Source: Pseudomonadota bacterium (GTDB lineage Bacteria > Pseudomonadota > Alphaproteobacteria > Sphingomonadales > Sphingomonadaceae). From it: DNA of 64,000 nucleotides. The translations under genes were made by a program, and so were the position numbers. The notes under the pieces are model-generated. The model was not told where the DNA came from and did not search any database. It worked only from the letters and a program-made list of their open reading frames with translations. Numbering within the stretch: position 1 is the stretch's first letter; each line of letters begins with the position of its first letter. The stretch lies in NCBI GenBank assembly GCA_023389105.1, contig JAEWEY010000006.1:40120-104119 (forward strand), given 5' to 3'. This document shows, piece by piece, positions 1 through 10,743 of the stretch.

Positions 1-2
1 AG

Positions 3-389
3 GGGCAAATGTTCGAAATGATCGCCAATCGTGCAATCCAGCCCAGTTCGGACACGCCCATCGTCGCCATCAACGGCATGCTGGCAAGGCTCGAACAACA
101 GCAGGGGCCGATGACGATCGCGGCGGACAAGGGCCACTATAATATCGACAAGCAGCAGGTTTCGATCGACGGGCCGGTAAGCGTAAAGGGCAACGACGGC
201 TTCACGTTGAACACCAGCGACGTCATGGTCGATCTGAAACAGCGCGAACTTGCGAGCCAGGGCCCTGCGCAAGGCGCGATGCGGCTAGGACAATTCCGTG
301 CCAATCAGATCCGCGCCGACCTCGATGAGCGCAAGGTGGTGCTCGACGGCGGTGTCCGCTTGAAAATCGTGCAAGGCGCGGTCAGATGA
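3..389 (+). CDS. lptC: LPS export protein LptC, C-terminal part (5' end lies outside the window)
   Basis: The frame is open to the window edge. It overlaps the next gene by 4 nt and sits in the conserved lptC-lptA-lptB-rpoN order. The beta-rich pattern VSIDGPVSVKGNDGFTLNTSDVMVDL is typical of the LptC/OstA fold. Confidence 0.6.
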   Translation, partial: GQMFEMIANRAIQPSSDTPIVAINGMLARLEQQQGPMTIAADKGHYNIDKQQVSIDGPVSVKGNDGFTLNTSDVMVDLKQRELASQGPAQGAMRLGQFRANQIRADLDERKVVLDGGVRLKIVQGAVR

Positions 390-940
390 TGCGCGTGCGT
401 TTCACTGGCATCATCCTTGCAACTGCCGCCTTCGCGGCAACAGCTGCAATTGCGCAGGTGCGCCAGGAGCAGCCGACGTCAGCGCTCAAGGGACATAACA
501 GCAATGCTCCCGTCGACGTGACCGCCGATCGCATCGAGGTTCAGGACCGCGCGGATCGCGCGATGTTCGTCGGCAATGTCCACGTCACCCAGGCCGAGCT
601 GACCTTGGATACGCCGCGGCTGACCGTGGCATATTCGGGCGGCACTGGCGCCGGCGGGGTGCAAATCAAGCGGCTCGATGCCGCTGGCGGCGTGACCGTG
701 AAAAGCCCGTCGGAGACTGCCCGCGGCGATTTCGGTATCTACGACCTCGACCGCAAGCTGATCACCTTGCTCGGCAACGTGCAGCTCGACCGCGAGCAAA
801 ATCGCGTCAATGGCGCACGTCTGACGATCGATCTGGAAACTGGCCGGGCGGTGGTGGACGGGGGTCCGCCCGGCGTGAATTCGACCGGTGGCCGGGTAAC
901 CGGTCACTTCCTGGTCCCGCAGCGTCAGCAGCAGCGATAA
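386..940 (+). CDS. lptA: LPS transport periplasmic protein LptA (OstA-like)
   Basis: Signal peptide (IILATAAFAATAAIAQ). Repeated OstA-type strands (VDVTADRIEV, GNVHVTQ, GGVTVKSP, GNVQLDRE). It lies between lptC and lptB. Confidence 0.8.
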   Translation: MMRVRFTGIILATAAFAATAAIAQVRQEQPTSALKGHNSNAPVDVTADRIEVQDRADRAMFVGNVHVTQAELTLDTPRLTVAYSGGTGAGGVQIKRLDAAGGVTVKSPSETARGDFGIYDLDRKLITLLGNVQLDREQNRVNGARLTIDLETGRAVVDGGPPGVNSTGGRVTGHFLVPQRQQQR

Positions 941-941
941 G

Positions 942-1715
942 GTGAACGAAGCCGCGACCATCGAGCGGCCCGCCGTCGATGCACGGCGCGGCAATGACGG
1001 CCTTGAAGTCCGCTCGATCGCCAAGTCCTACGACAAGCGGGCGGTGCTGCACGACGTCAGCCTCGACGTTCACCGAGGCGAGGTGGTCGGCCTGCTCGGA
1101 CCAAACGGCGCGGGCAAGACGACCTGCTTCTACTCCGTGATGGGTCTGGTGAAACCCGACAGCGGCCGCATCTTTCTGGATGGCAACGATATCACCGAAC
1201 TGCCGATGTACCGTCGCGCCATCCTCGGTCTCGGCTATCTGCCGCAGGAAACCTCGATCTTCCGCGGGATGTCGGTCGAGGGCAACATCATGGCCGTTCT
1301 GGAAGCTGCGGAGCCGGATCGTTCGGTGCGAGCGGCGAGGCTGGAGCAATTGCTGTCCGAGTTTGGGCTCACCGGTCTGCGCGATTCCCCGGCTATGGCA
1401 TTGTCGGGTGGCGAGCGGCGGCGTTGCGAAATCGCGCGCGCACTGGCGGCCAATCCGTCGATTATGTTGCTCGATGAGCCGTTCGCGGGAATCGACCCCA
1501 TTTCCATTTCGGACATTCGCGAGCTGGTCCGGGAGCTCAAGAGCCGCGAAATCGGCGTGTTGATCACCGATCACAACGTCCGCGAGACGCTCGATATCGT
1601 CGACCGCGCCTGCATCATTTACGACGGGCAGGTCCTGTTTGCCGGAACGCCGGAAGCGTTGGTCGCGGACCAGGAAGTCCGCCGCCTATACCTCGGCGAA
1701 AGCTTCGCGCTGTAA
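942..1715 (+). CDS. lptB: LPS export ABC transporter ATP-binding protein LptB
   Basis: GTG start. Walker A GPNGAGKTT, ABC signature LSGGERRR, Walker B MLLDEPFAGIDP. It lies immediately upstream of rpoN. Confidence 0.95.
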   Translation: MNEAATIERPAVDARRGNDGLEVRSIAKSYDKRAVLHDVSLDVHRGEVVGLLGPNGAGKTTCFYSVMGLVKPDSGRIFLDGNDITELPMYRRAILGLGYLPQETSIFRGMSVEGNIMAVLEAAEPDRSVRAARLEQLLSEFGLTGLRDSPAMALSGGERRRCEIARALAANPSIMLLDEPFAGIDPISISDIRELVRELKSREIGVLITDHNVRETLDIVDRACIIYDGQVLFAGTPEALVADQEVRRLYLGESFAL

Positions 1716-1724
1716 GCTGACTCG

Positions 1725-3179
1725 ATGGGCCTGGGCCCCTCTTTAAGCATCCGTCAATCGCAGCAGTTGGTGCTGACGCCACAGCTGCGTCAGGCAATCC
1801 AGCTCTTGCAGCTTAGCAACCTCGAGCTGGACGCATTTTTGGCGGAAGAGCTGTCCAGGAACCCGCTATTGGAGTCGCAAGCTGGCGATGGCGAGGCCCA
1901 GCCCGCCGCAGATTATTCCGGAGAGGAAGGAGACAGTGACGACGCGCCGGACGATCCGGGTGCGGACAACCTTATCGCCGGGCAAGCTGACGACGACCGG
2001 CCGCTGGACATGGACTGGCAGTCGGAAGCGCTGGAAACGGATAGCTTCAATGACGTCGTGACGTCAGGCAGCTCGGAGGAGGCGTTCGATTTTGACCGGG
2101 TCGAATTCTCCGCGTCGTCCCTTGCCGAGCACTTGCAGGTCCAGCTGCACGGGCACTCTGGGGATGTCGGAGACTTGGCACGTATCCTCGCCGAGGCGCT
2201 GGAAGAGACCGGTTACTTGACCGTGCCGCTGGGCGAGATTGCAGAGCTTACCGGTGCGCCATTGGCTTTGATTGAGCAGGCGTTGGAGTTGCTACAGGGA
2301 CTCGAACCCGCGGGCGTCGGTGCTCGATCGCTTGCCGAATGTCTCGCACTGCAGGCGAAGGCCGTCGACCGTTACGACCCCGCCATGGCGCGGCTGATCG
2401 ACAATCTCGACTTGCTGTCGAAGGGCCGGACTGCCGACCTCAAGCGCATCTGCGGGGTCGACGACGAAGATCTCGCCGACATGATACGCGAGTTGCGGGC
2501 CTATGACCCCAAGCCAGGCTGCCAGTTTTCTAGTGCCTCGGCCGAGGATGTGACGCCCGACGTATTTGTTCGGCCGCTGAAGGCCGGTTTCGCCGTCGAA
2601 CTGAACCAGAGCACGCTGCCACGGCTGCTGGTGAACCGCCGCTATTATCAGGAACTGAAGTCCGGGCCGCAGGACAGGACGTCCCGGGCCTGGCTCAGCG
2701 AGTGCCTGCAGAGCGCCAACTGGCTGGTGAAAGCGCTCGACCAGCGAGCCCGGACCATCGTCAAGGTCGTCAGCGAGATCGTCAAACGCCAGCAAGGCTT
2801 CTTCGAACGCGGCGTCGCAGCGATGAAGCCGATGACCCTGCGGGAAGTCGCTGAGGCAATCGGGATGCATGAATCTACGGTCAGCCGCGTGACATCGAAT
2901 AAGTATCTGCTGTGTGATCGTGGGCTTTACGAGCTGAAATACTTCTTCGGGTCGGGCGTGGCTTCGGCGGAGGGCGATGGGGCGGCGGCGGAGGCGGTGA
3001 AGGCCGGGATCAAGGAACTGATTGAGGCCGAGACCGACATCCTGAGCGACGACGCTATTGCCGGACTACTCAAGCAGCGGGGCTTCGACGTCGCTCGGCG
3101 GACGGTGGTGAAGTACCGGGAGGCGATGGGGATCGGATCGTCGATCCAGCGGCGGCGGCAGCGGAAGATCGGCGGCTAG
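1725..3179 (+). CDS. rpoN: RNA polymerase sigma-54 factor RpoN
   Basis: Region I LSIRQSQQLVLTPQLRQAIQLLQLSNLEL, an acidic region II, and a C-terminal RpoN box ARRTVVKYREAMGI. Confidence 0.95.
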   Translation: MGLGPSLSIRQSQQLVLTPQLRQAIQLLQLSNLELDAFLAEELSRNPLLESQAGDGEAQPAADYSGEEGDSDDAPDDPGADNLIAGQADDDRPLDMDWQSEALETDSFNDVVTSGSSEEAFDFDRVEFSASSLAEHLQVQLHGHSGDVGDLARILAEALEETGYLTVPLGEIAELTGAPLALIEQALELLQGLEPAGVGARSLAECLALQAKAVDRYDPAMARLIDNLDLLSKGRTADLKRICGVDDEDLADMIRELRAYDPKPGCQFSSASAEDVTPDVFVRPLKAGFAVELNQSTLPRLLVNRRYYQELKSGPQDRTSRAWLSECLQSANWLVKALDQRARTIVKVVSEIVKRQQGFFERGVAAMKPMTLREVAEAIGMHESTVSRVTSNKYLLCDRGLYELKYFFGSGVASAEGDGAAAEAVKAGIKELIEAETDILSDDAIAGLLKQRGFDVARRTVVKYREAMGIGSSIQRRRQRKIGG

Positions 3180-3961
3180 GCCGTCACTCTCGCCCAGATC
3201 GGCAGATGGTCGGAGGCTTTTCGGGCCGCTGGGCTCATGTGGACGCCGGCGGCTTCGATATCGAGATTCTTGTCGACGATGATCCGGTCCAACGCCGCGA
3301 CCGGGTGGCGGGCATGGAAGCTGTTACCGGTCGGAGCGATGTGGAATTCGTCGCACAGGTCGTTGAGGCACCCCGCCGCGGTGCGCCACTCGTTGGTGTC
3401 GCCCATCAGCACCGTTGGCATCTTTTGCGGCCGGGCGGCGACGGCCTCCATGATCGCCCGCATCTGCCGCTTGCGCCACAGGCCGCTGAGGTCGAGGTGC
3501 ATGCCGACGACCCGCAGCGGGCGCTCGTCGATCAGCAACTCGGCTATCACCGCGCCGCGGGGTTCGAGCGTCGGCAGCTCAAGCGCCACGGCGTCGAGGA
3601 CGCCGATATGCTGCTTCACCAGGATCGCATTGCCGTGCCACCCGAGATTGCGAGTGTTGAGCTTGAGCAGGCGGTCGCTGTGCTTGCGGACCTTGTCGAA
3701 CATCCGTTTGTGGCGGACGCCGAGGTGCACCGGCTTGTAGGTACCGTGACGGTCGATCAACTCATGCGGTACTGCCGACCCGCGGCCGCCGACCCGCTTG
3801 TCGGCTTCCTGCAGGGCGACGATATCGGCGTCGATCTCCTGCAGGACGTCGAGCACGCGCCTCGGATCGCGCCGCCGGTCGAGGCCGACGGCTTTGCGCA
3901 TATTGTAGCTGGCCAGGGTGATCGACGCGCCTGAGGTCACGGGAGCGCCAACAACGGCCAT
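3176..3961 (-). CDS. endonuclease/exonuclease/phosphatase (EEP) family protein
   Basis: EEP-type motifs: SYNMRK, DIVALQEAD, GNAIL, MGDTNEW and a terminal SDHLPIW. Its stop shares a CTAG tetranucleotide with the convergent rpoN stop. Confidence 0.8.
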   Translation of the reverse strand: MAVVGAPVTSGASITLASYNMRKAVGLDRRRDPRRVLDVLQEIDADIVALQEADKRVGGRGSAVPHELIDRHGTYKPVHLGVRHKRMFDKVRKHSDRLLKLNTRNLGWHGNAILVKQHIGVLDAVALELPTLEPRGAVIAELLIDERPLRVVGMHLDLSGLWRKRQMRAIMEAVAARPQKMPTVLMGDTNEWRTAAGCLNDLCDEFHIAPTGNSFHARHPVAALDRIIVDKNLDIEAAGVHMSPAARKASDHLPIWARVTA

Positions 3962-3973
3962 CGCAGAGGGTTC

Positions 3974-6493
<2,520 letters not shown>

Positions 6494-6564
6494 TCACGCG
6501 CCTGCGCGCCTGCGCGCGCGCGAGGCCGGGTGAAAGATTCTCCGCAACCGCGAAGACAGAATTG

Positions 6565-6581
6565 TCACTCTGATTGAGTGA
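6565..6581. promoter_or_regulatory. AT-rich dyad TCACTC-N5-GAGTGA in the gyrB upstream region
   Basis: Inverted repeat with 6-bp arms, read directly from the sequence. Its flanks (ATTGTCAC...GTGAAA) resemble the dyad at 42827-42844. Confidence 0.25.
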
Positions 6582-6753
6582 AATCGGGGGGTCTTCCACT
6601 TCGTCCACTTTGTTACCCTGGCTGGTGACGTCCGCAGAGCGAAGGAGGGTCGACGGGTGACAGATCACCGGCAAGGCGACGGTCATCGACAAGGATGACA
6701 TCCGCAGTCTTTGGGCGTGCAATCCGGTTGCGCTTGAGGATGCGGTCATCACC

Positions 6754-6790
6754 GCAGGCTAATGTCCACAATGGGTGGAAAGCAGACGTC
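6754..6790. repeat. REP-like hairpin element, copy 1
   Basis: The sequence is gcaggcTAATGTCCACAATGGGTGGAAAGCAGACGTC. Its core matches copy 2 at 25 of 31 positions in direct orientation. It lies just 3' of the minus-strand gene at 6806-7366. Confidence 0.6.
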
Positions 6791-6805
6791 GGGCCGTCAC
6801 GCCTT

Positions 6806-7366
6806 TTAGTTGGGCTCTTTCACGCGGGGCGGAAAATCGACGTTAGGACATTCCAACGACAGCGGCGTCTGCCTTTTGCACCCTTCTGGCCGATAATTCG
6901 GTGGTGGCGGAGGGGGCGGTGTCGCAGTGCAGAATGCTGGGAGACAGGGATAAGGCGGTTCGCCTACCCCTGCGGAGTTCGCGGTCTCGACGTTGACCCA
7001 AACGGTAAGCGCCTCGGGTCGAACACTTTTGAACATGGATGGCGATAACACGAAACTTTGTTCGATAACCTCATAGTATGAGTTCAGCGCTGCGGCGTCG
7101 GGCGCCCGCTCGCGGCGACAATTTTTTAGGTGGCCGGTGGCTGCTACTGAACATTTGAGAGACGTCATCGTGTATCGGGCCATTCCCGCTCGAAAGGCGC
7201 GCTCAGCGTCCATCTTGGTGAAGGTTCGAGCCCATACTGGGTCGATGGGCGATTTCGTGTCTTCGTTAAACGCGTAGGTGTCAGTCCCGACCATCGCGAC
7301 GTTCTTGCCAGCTGCCCAAGCCGTTGCGCTCAAAGAGCAAGCCAAGACATAGACGAACCATCTCAT
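6806..7366 (-). CDS. hypothetical secreted protein (low-GC gene, C-terminal poly-Pro and Cys pair)
   Basis: Internal ATG of the 372-aa track ORF gives MRWFVYVLACSLSATAWAAG, a signal peptide. The remaining upstream part of that ORF is Arg-rich junk overlapping another gene. The DNA is visibly AT-richer than its flanks. The segment LKCSVAATGHLKNCRRE...LTVWVNVE is loosely TonB-C-like. Confidence 0.55.
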   Translation of the reverse strand: MRWFVYVLACSLSATAWAAGKNVAMVGTDTYAFNEDTKSPIDPVWARTFTKMDAERAFRAGMARYTMTSLKCSVAATGHLKNCRRERAPDAAALNSYYEVIEQSFVLSPSMFKSVRPEALTVWVNVETANSAGVGEPPYPCLPAFCTATPPPPPPPNYRPEGCKRQTPLSLECPNVDFPPRVKEPN

Positions 7367-7433
7367 GCTCTGCGATTTGGTCTTGATACCGGAATTTGTC
7401 GAGCTTGATGCCGGTGGCCAAAGCGCCGCTTCT

Positions 7434-7470
7434 AACGTCCGCAATGGGTCGAAAGCGGACATTAGCCTGC
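7434..7470. repeat. REP-like hairpin element, copy 2
   Basis: The sequence is AACGTCCGCAATGGGTCGAAAGCGGACATTAgcctgc. The stem is GTCCGC/GCGGAC with a 12-nt loop. It overlaps the 3' end of the gene at 7462-7869. Confidence 0.6.
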
Positions 7471-7869
7471 GCTGTGTGGTGAGCCCTCCGACAATGGATC
7501 GTGCGCGAAGACGAGCCAGGCGAAGCTTAGCGCCAGGAGGCCCGCCGCTGCGCCGACGCCGATAAGCGTTGGCGGCAATTGGCCGCGCGAGGCGGCTTTC
7601 GCGAGCGTGAGCGCCGCGGTGGCGAAGAGGACGAGGTTTCCGAGCCCGAGCGGCCGGGCATAGATGCCGCCGATCCGGTTGCGGCGGCTCATCCAATCCA
7701 TCGCCGCGAAACCAATCAGGCTGCCGCCGAACAACTGGATGAAGATGGGCAGTGCGCTCGATGCGGCGCCGTCGATCGCCCTTGCGATTTCGACCGGCGC
7801 GACGAGGCCGGCGATCCCGGCGATAAACAGAATGATCGCGCTTAGCGTGAGGATAAACCGTCCGGCCAT
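7462..7869 (-). CDS. hypothetical integral membrane protein (about 4 TM segments)
   Basis: Start chosen at MAGRFILTLSAIILFIAGIAGL. The product is hydrophobic throughout and the codons are GC3-rich. Confidence 0.55.
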   Translation of the reverse strand: MAGRFILTLSAIILFIAGIAGLVAPVEIARAIDGAASSALPIFIQLFGGSLIGFAAMDWMSRRNRIGGIYARPLGLGNLVLFATAALTLAKAASRGQLPPTLIGVGAAAGLLALSFAWLVFAHDPLSEGSPHSAG

Positions 7870-7989
7870 GATCCAGCCCGTTTCCACAATCCGTACCTAG
7901 CAGCAACCGGGATGACGGACCCAAACCCGGCTCGCCAAGACTGTGTTATGCGTGTAACACGCACCGCCAGGGTCACAAGGGGCTATCGA

Positions 7990-9999
7990 ATGCGCAGGTT
8001 CGTCACATGGATCGTTGCGGCTGCCGGTGTCGCGATGGCGGCGGATGCCGGCTTGAGTGTGCCGACCACGGAGCGCGCGGCGCCGCCACGACTGTTGCCA
8101 ACAGGTGATGGGATCGACCGGTCGGCGCTCGACATGGGCACGGACCCGTGCACGAACTTTTACCGGCATGCGTGCGGCGGATTCATCGCGAGCCATCCGG
8201 CCACTGCGGAGCATCCGCTGATCGCGCTTGCGGACCTGCAAGCCAACAGCGATTTCGACCGCAGCCTGACCCGACTGCTCGGCCAGCCGGCGCGCGGGGA
8301 CCGCGAGCTGGAACGGCTGCAGCGTTTCTATCAATCCTGCCGCCAGGGAACGGCCGGTGACGAAGCGCTGTTGCGGCGCTGGCTCATCCGGATCGACAGC
8401 GCAAAGAGCCGGTCAGACATTCGGGCGCTGACGCGGGACCTCGCCGCTATCGGCGTCGACGCCTTCATCAATTATGGCGGGCGCCCCGATCGCAACCGGC
8501 TGGATCGTAACCGCGGCGAAATTCATCCTGGCGCGCTGTGGGCGCAACCGGAAGCGGTTGCCGCGGTTTTTCGCGCGAGCGGGCGGCCGGATACGGTGGC
8601 CGCGCGCGAGGCAGCGGCGGTGGCCGACTTGACGCAGCGCCTCGTCAAGCAGCGTAACGAACGATGGGACGCGGCCAAGGCCGAAAACCCACGAACCATC
8701 GCGCAACTTCAGGCGATGGATCCGGCATTTGACTGGCCGGCCTATCTGCGCGCCGCTGGCGCGAGACCGGGAAAGGCGGTCAACGTCACCTCTCCCGCTT
8801 ATCTGCGCGCACTCGACAAGGAGTTTCGCAGCCGGCCGTTGCCGGAGTTGCGCGCCTATCTGCGCTGGGCGTTCCTCTTCTCGCTGCGCGGCGAGCTGCC
8901 CCGGTCGTACGATGCCGCGCTGGCACAATTGCCGATGAACTGGCGGCCGCAGTTGGCCGACGAGGACCGGCGCTGCCGCGATTCGGCCGTGCGGGCGATG
9001 GGCGTCGAGTTCTCGCGGCAATATTCGAGCCGCGTGCTGGGCGTTCCCGCGCGCGACGCGGCACGGCGACTGTCGGAAACCATTCGCGCGGAGATCATTC
9101 GATCGATCGGCGAGGCCAACTGGCTGTCGCCCAAAGCGCGCGCGGCGACCGCGGACAAGCTGCGGCACACCGACCTCAAGATCGGCTTTCCCGACCTCTG
9201 GCCGGCGACGGGGCAATATCCCGTGAGCCGCGATCGTTTCCTGGCCAATGTCCTTGCCAGCCGGCGATTCGAGCAGCAGCGCGAATGGGCGAGAGCCGCC
9301 CAGCCGCGCAGGCGAACCGCCTGGGAAATGAAAGTCAGTCCGTGGGTCGGCGAAGGAATGGCGGCGGCGCGGCTGGTCATTCCGAACGGCTTCCCGGACG
9401 CCTTTTCCAATTCACTGATAATGACCGCTGCGTTCCTGTCGGCCCCTCGGTTCGACGCGACCGCTCACGACGAGCTGAACTACGCGACCTACGGGTCGGT
9501 GTTCGCGCACGAATTCGTGCACGTGGCGCAACTGCATATGTTCGGCCCTGCCGGCGAAGATGCCGAGCTATGGGAACCGCAGGACGACAAGGCGGCGGAC
9601 GCAAGGGGGCAGTGCGTCATCGACCAGGCCAACGCCTACCAGGCGCTACCCGGGCTGCATCTCGCGGGGGCAGACGAATTTCCGGAAAATGTCGCTGATT
9701 ACGGTGGCTTGCGACTAGCTTACGAAGCGCTCACGCGTTCGCTGGGAGACAAGGTCGACCGGCGCAACGCGCTGAACAGCAGTCCCGCACAGCGCTTCTT
9801 CTACCGCTATGCGCAATCCCACTGCACGTCGCAAACCGACGCGAGCTTGCGCGACGCGGTAGCGAACGATGGGCACGCGCCGGCGGAGTTCAGGGTCAAC
9901 GGGCCCTTGTCGAACATGCCAGAATTCCGGCGCGCCTTTAATTGTCCGGCACAGGCGCCAATGGCGCGGCCGGCGGCCCAGCAGTGCCGGGTGTGGTGA
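7990..9999 (+). CDS. M13 family zinc metallopeptidase (PepO/endothelin-converting-enzyme-like)
   Basis: HExxH motif FAHEFVHV and the downstream M13 signature ENVADYGGL. Start chosen at MRRFVTWIVAAAGVAMA, which gives a signal peptide. Confidence 0.85.
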   Translation: MRRFVTWIVAAAGVAMAADAGLSVPTTERAAPPRLLPTGDGIDRSALDMGTDPCTNFYRHACGGFIASHPATAEHPLIALADLQANSDFDRSLTRLLGQPARGDRELERLQRFYQSCRQGTAGDEALLRRWLIRIDSAKSRSDIRALTRDLAAIGVDAFINYGGRPDRNRLDRNRGEIHPGALWAQPEAVAAVFRASGRPDTVAAREAAAVADLTQRLVKQRNERWDAAKAENPRTIAQLQAMDPAFDWPAYLRAAGARPGKAVNVTSPAYLRALDKEFRSRPLPELRAYLRWAFLFSLRGELPRSYDAALAQLPMNWRPQLADEDRRCRDSAVRAMGVEFSRQYSSRVLGVPARDAARRLSETIRAEIIRSIGEANWLSPKARAATADKLRHTDLKIGFPDLWPATGQYPVSRDRFLANVLASRRFEQQREWARAAQPRRRTAWEMKVSPWVGEGMAAARLVIPNGFPDAFSNSLIMTAAFLSAPRFDATAHDELNYATYGSVFAHEFVHVAQLHMFGPAGEDAELWEPQDDKAADARGQCVIDQANAYQALPGLHLAGADEFPENVADYGGLRLAYEALTRSLGDKVDRRNALNSSPAQRFFYRYAQSHCTSQTDASLRDAVANDGHAPAEFRVNGPLSNMPEFRRAFNCPAQAPMARPAAQQCRVW

Positions 10000-10009
10000 C
10001 CGTCGTCGC

Positions 10010-10105
10010 TCAGCCCTTGCCCTGAAGCTCGTTGCGAAACAGCCAGATCACGCCCGCGCAAGAGACGGTCCAGATCGTCGCAAGGGCGATGACGAAGGTG
10101 ATCAC
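10010..10105 (-). CDS. possible 31-aa hydrophobic small protein
   Basis: A GTG start gives (M)ITFVIALATIWTVSCAGVIWLFRNELQGKG, one TM helix. About 27 of 31 codons end in G or C, which looks coding. It is too short for the ORF track and has no clear SD sequence. Confidence 0.25.
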   Translation of the reverse strand: MITFVIALATIWTVSCAGVIWLFRNELQGKG

Positions 10106-10154
10106 TGGGTGGGTCCGATCAAACGAGGAAAGTAGCTAAGCGCTTCACGTCTAC

Positions 10155-10175
10155 TTTTGTTGCGTTGCAACAAAA
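10155..10175. promoter_or_regulatory. AT-rich palindrome TTTTGTTGC-GTT-GCAACAAAA
   Basis: Perfect 9-bp arms. It lies in the divergent space between the small ORFs at 10105 (-) and 10359 (+). Confidence 0.3.
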
Positions 10176-10358
10176 CTGTCCCGCGATGACACCATGACGT
10201 CACTGGACATTCGGAGAAATCGCCAATGCATGGGGCGGATTCCCGCACAAGACCGCCGCACTGCGGCAAGAATTGGCGGTTTCTTCCCGTTGGCACGCTT
10301 CCTGAATGACCATAGTCAGCGGGCGCCGGGTAGCTCCGGCACGATAAGGGGCAAGACG

Positions 10359-10580
10359 ATGAAGAGTGTTACGCAAGGCCGGACAGGCGAAGCGGAAATG
10401 CCGACCCACCTGCTGGCCGGCCTGTTGATGGAAATGGCGCGCGAAGCGAAGCCTGCTGCCGCGCGGCCGGGCAAGGTGCCGTTGAAAGTCTACGGCGTGA
10501 TGGCAATCACTACGATGCTGACGTTCGCAACGCTGGTCAGCGGTTATCAATTGCTCTTCGCGCCCCAGGTTTTCGCATGA
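10359..10580 (+). CDS. possible 73-aa membrane protein
   Basis: This is an internal ATG of the track ORF 10194-10580, preceded by AAGGGG 7 nt upstream. The product MKSVTQGRTGEAEMPTHLL...VYGVMAITTMLTFATLVSGYQLLFA has a C-terminal TM helix. GC3 is high. Confidence 0.35.
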   Translation: MKSVTQGRTGEAEMPTHLLAGLLMEMAREAKPAAARPGKVPLKVYGVMAITTMLTFATLVSGYQLLFAPQVFA

Positions 10581-10696
10581 TGCGCGCCGCTATCGAATGG
10601 TTCGACCGGTTCGCCGCAAACCCGTGGGCGCTGTCGTTCACGAGCTTTGCGCTGACGGCCCTGGTGATCCGGTCCGGCCAGCTACCGACCTTCTAA
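10577..10696 (+). CDS. possible 39-aa membrane peptide, ATGA-coupled to the preceding ORF
   Basis: Product MMRAAIEWFDRFAANPWALSFTSFALTALVIRSGQLPTF. Its start overlaps the upstream stop (ATGA). The codons are GC3-rich. Confidence 0.3.
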   Translation: MMRAAIEWFDRFAANPWALSFTSFALTALVIRSGQLPTF

Positions 10697-10743
10697 CCAA
10701 CAGCGGAGGCGTCCCGACCCTCAAGCCGGGACAATCCTCGTGA

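Noticed and set aside
3176-3179. The rpoN and EEP gene stop codons share a CTAG tetranucleotide (convergent 4-nt overlap).
   Set aside because: The overlap is real but trivial, a common consequence of compact gene packing.
6806-7924. A 372-aa ORF from the ORF track.
   Set aside because: Its N-terminal two thirds are Arg/Pro-rich and overlap the better membrane-protein gene at 7462-7869 in another frame. Only the part from the internal ATG at 7366, which carries a signal peptide, looks real.
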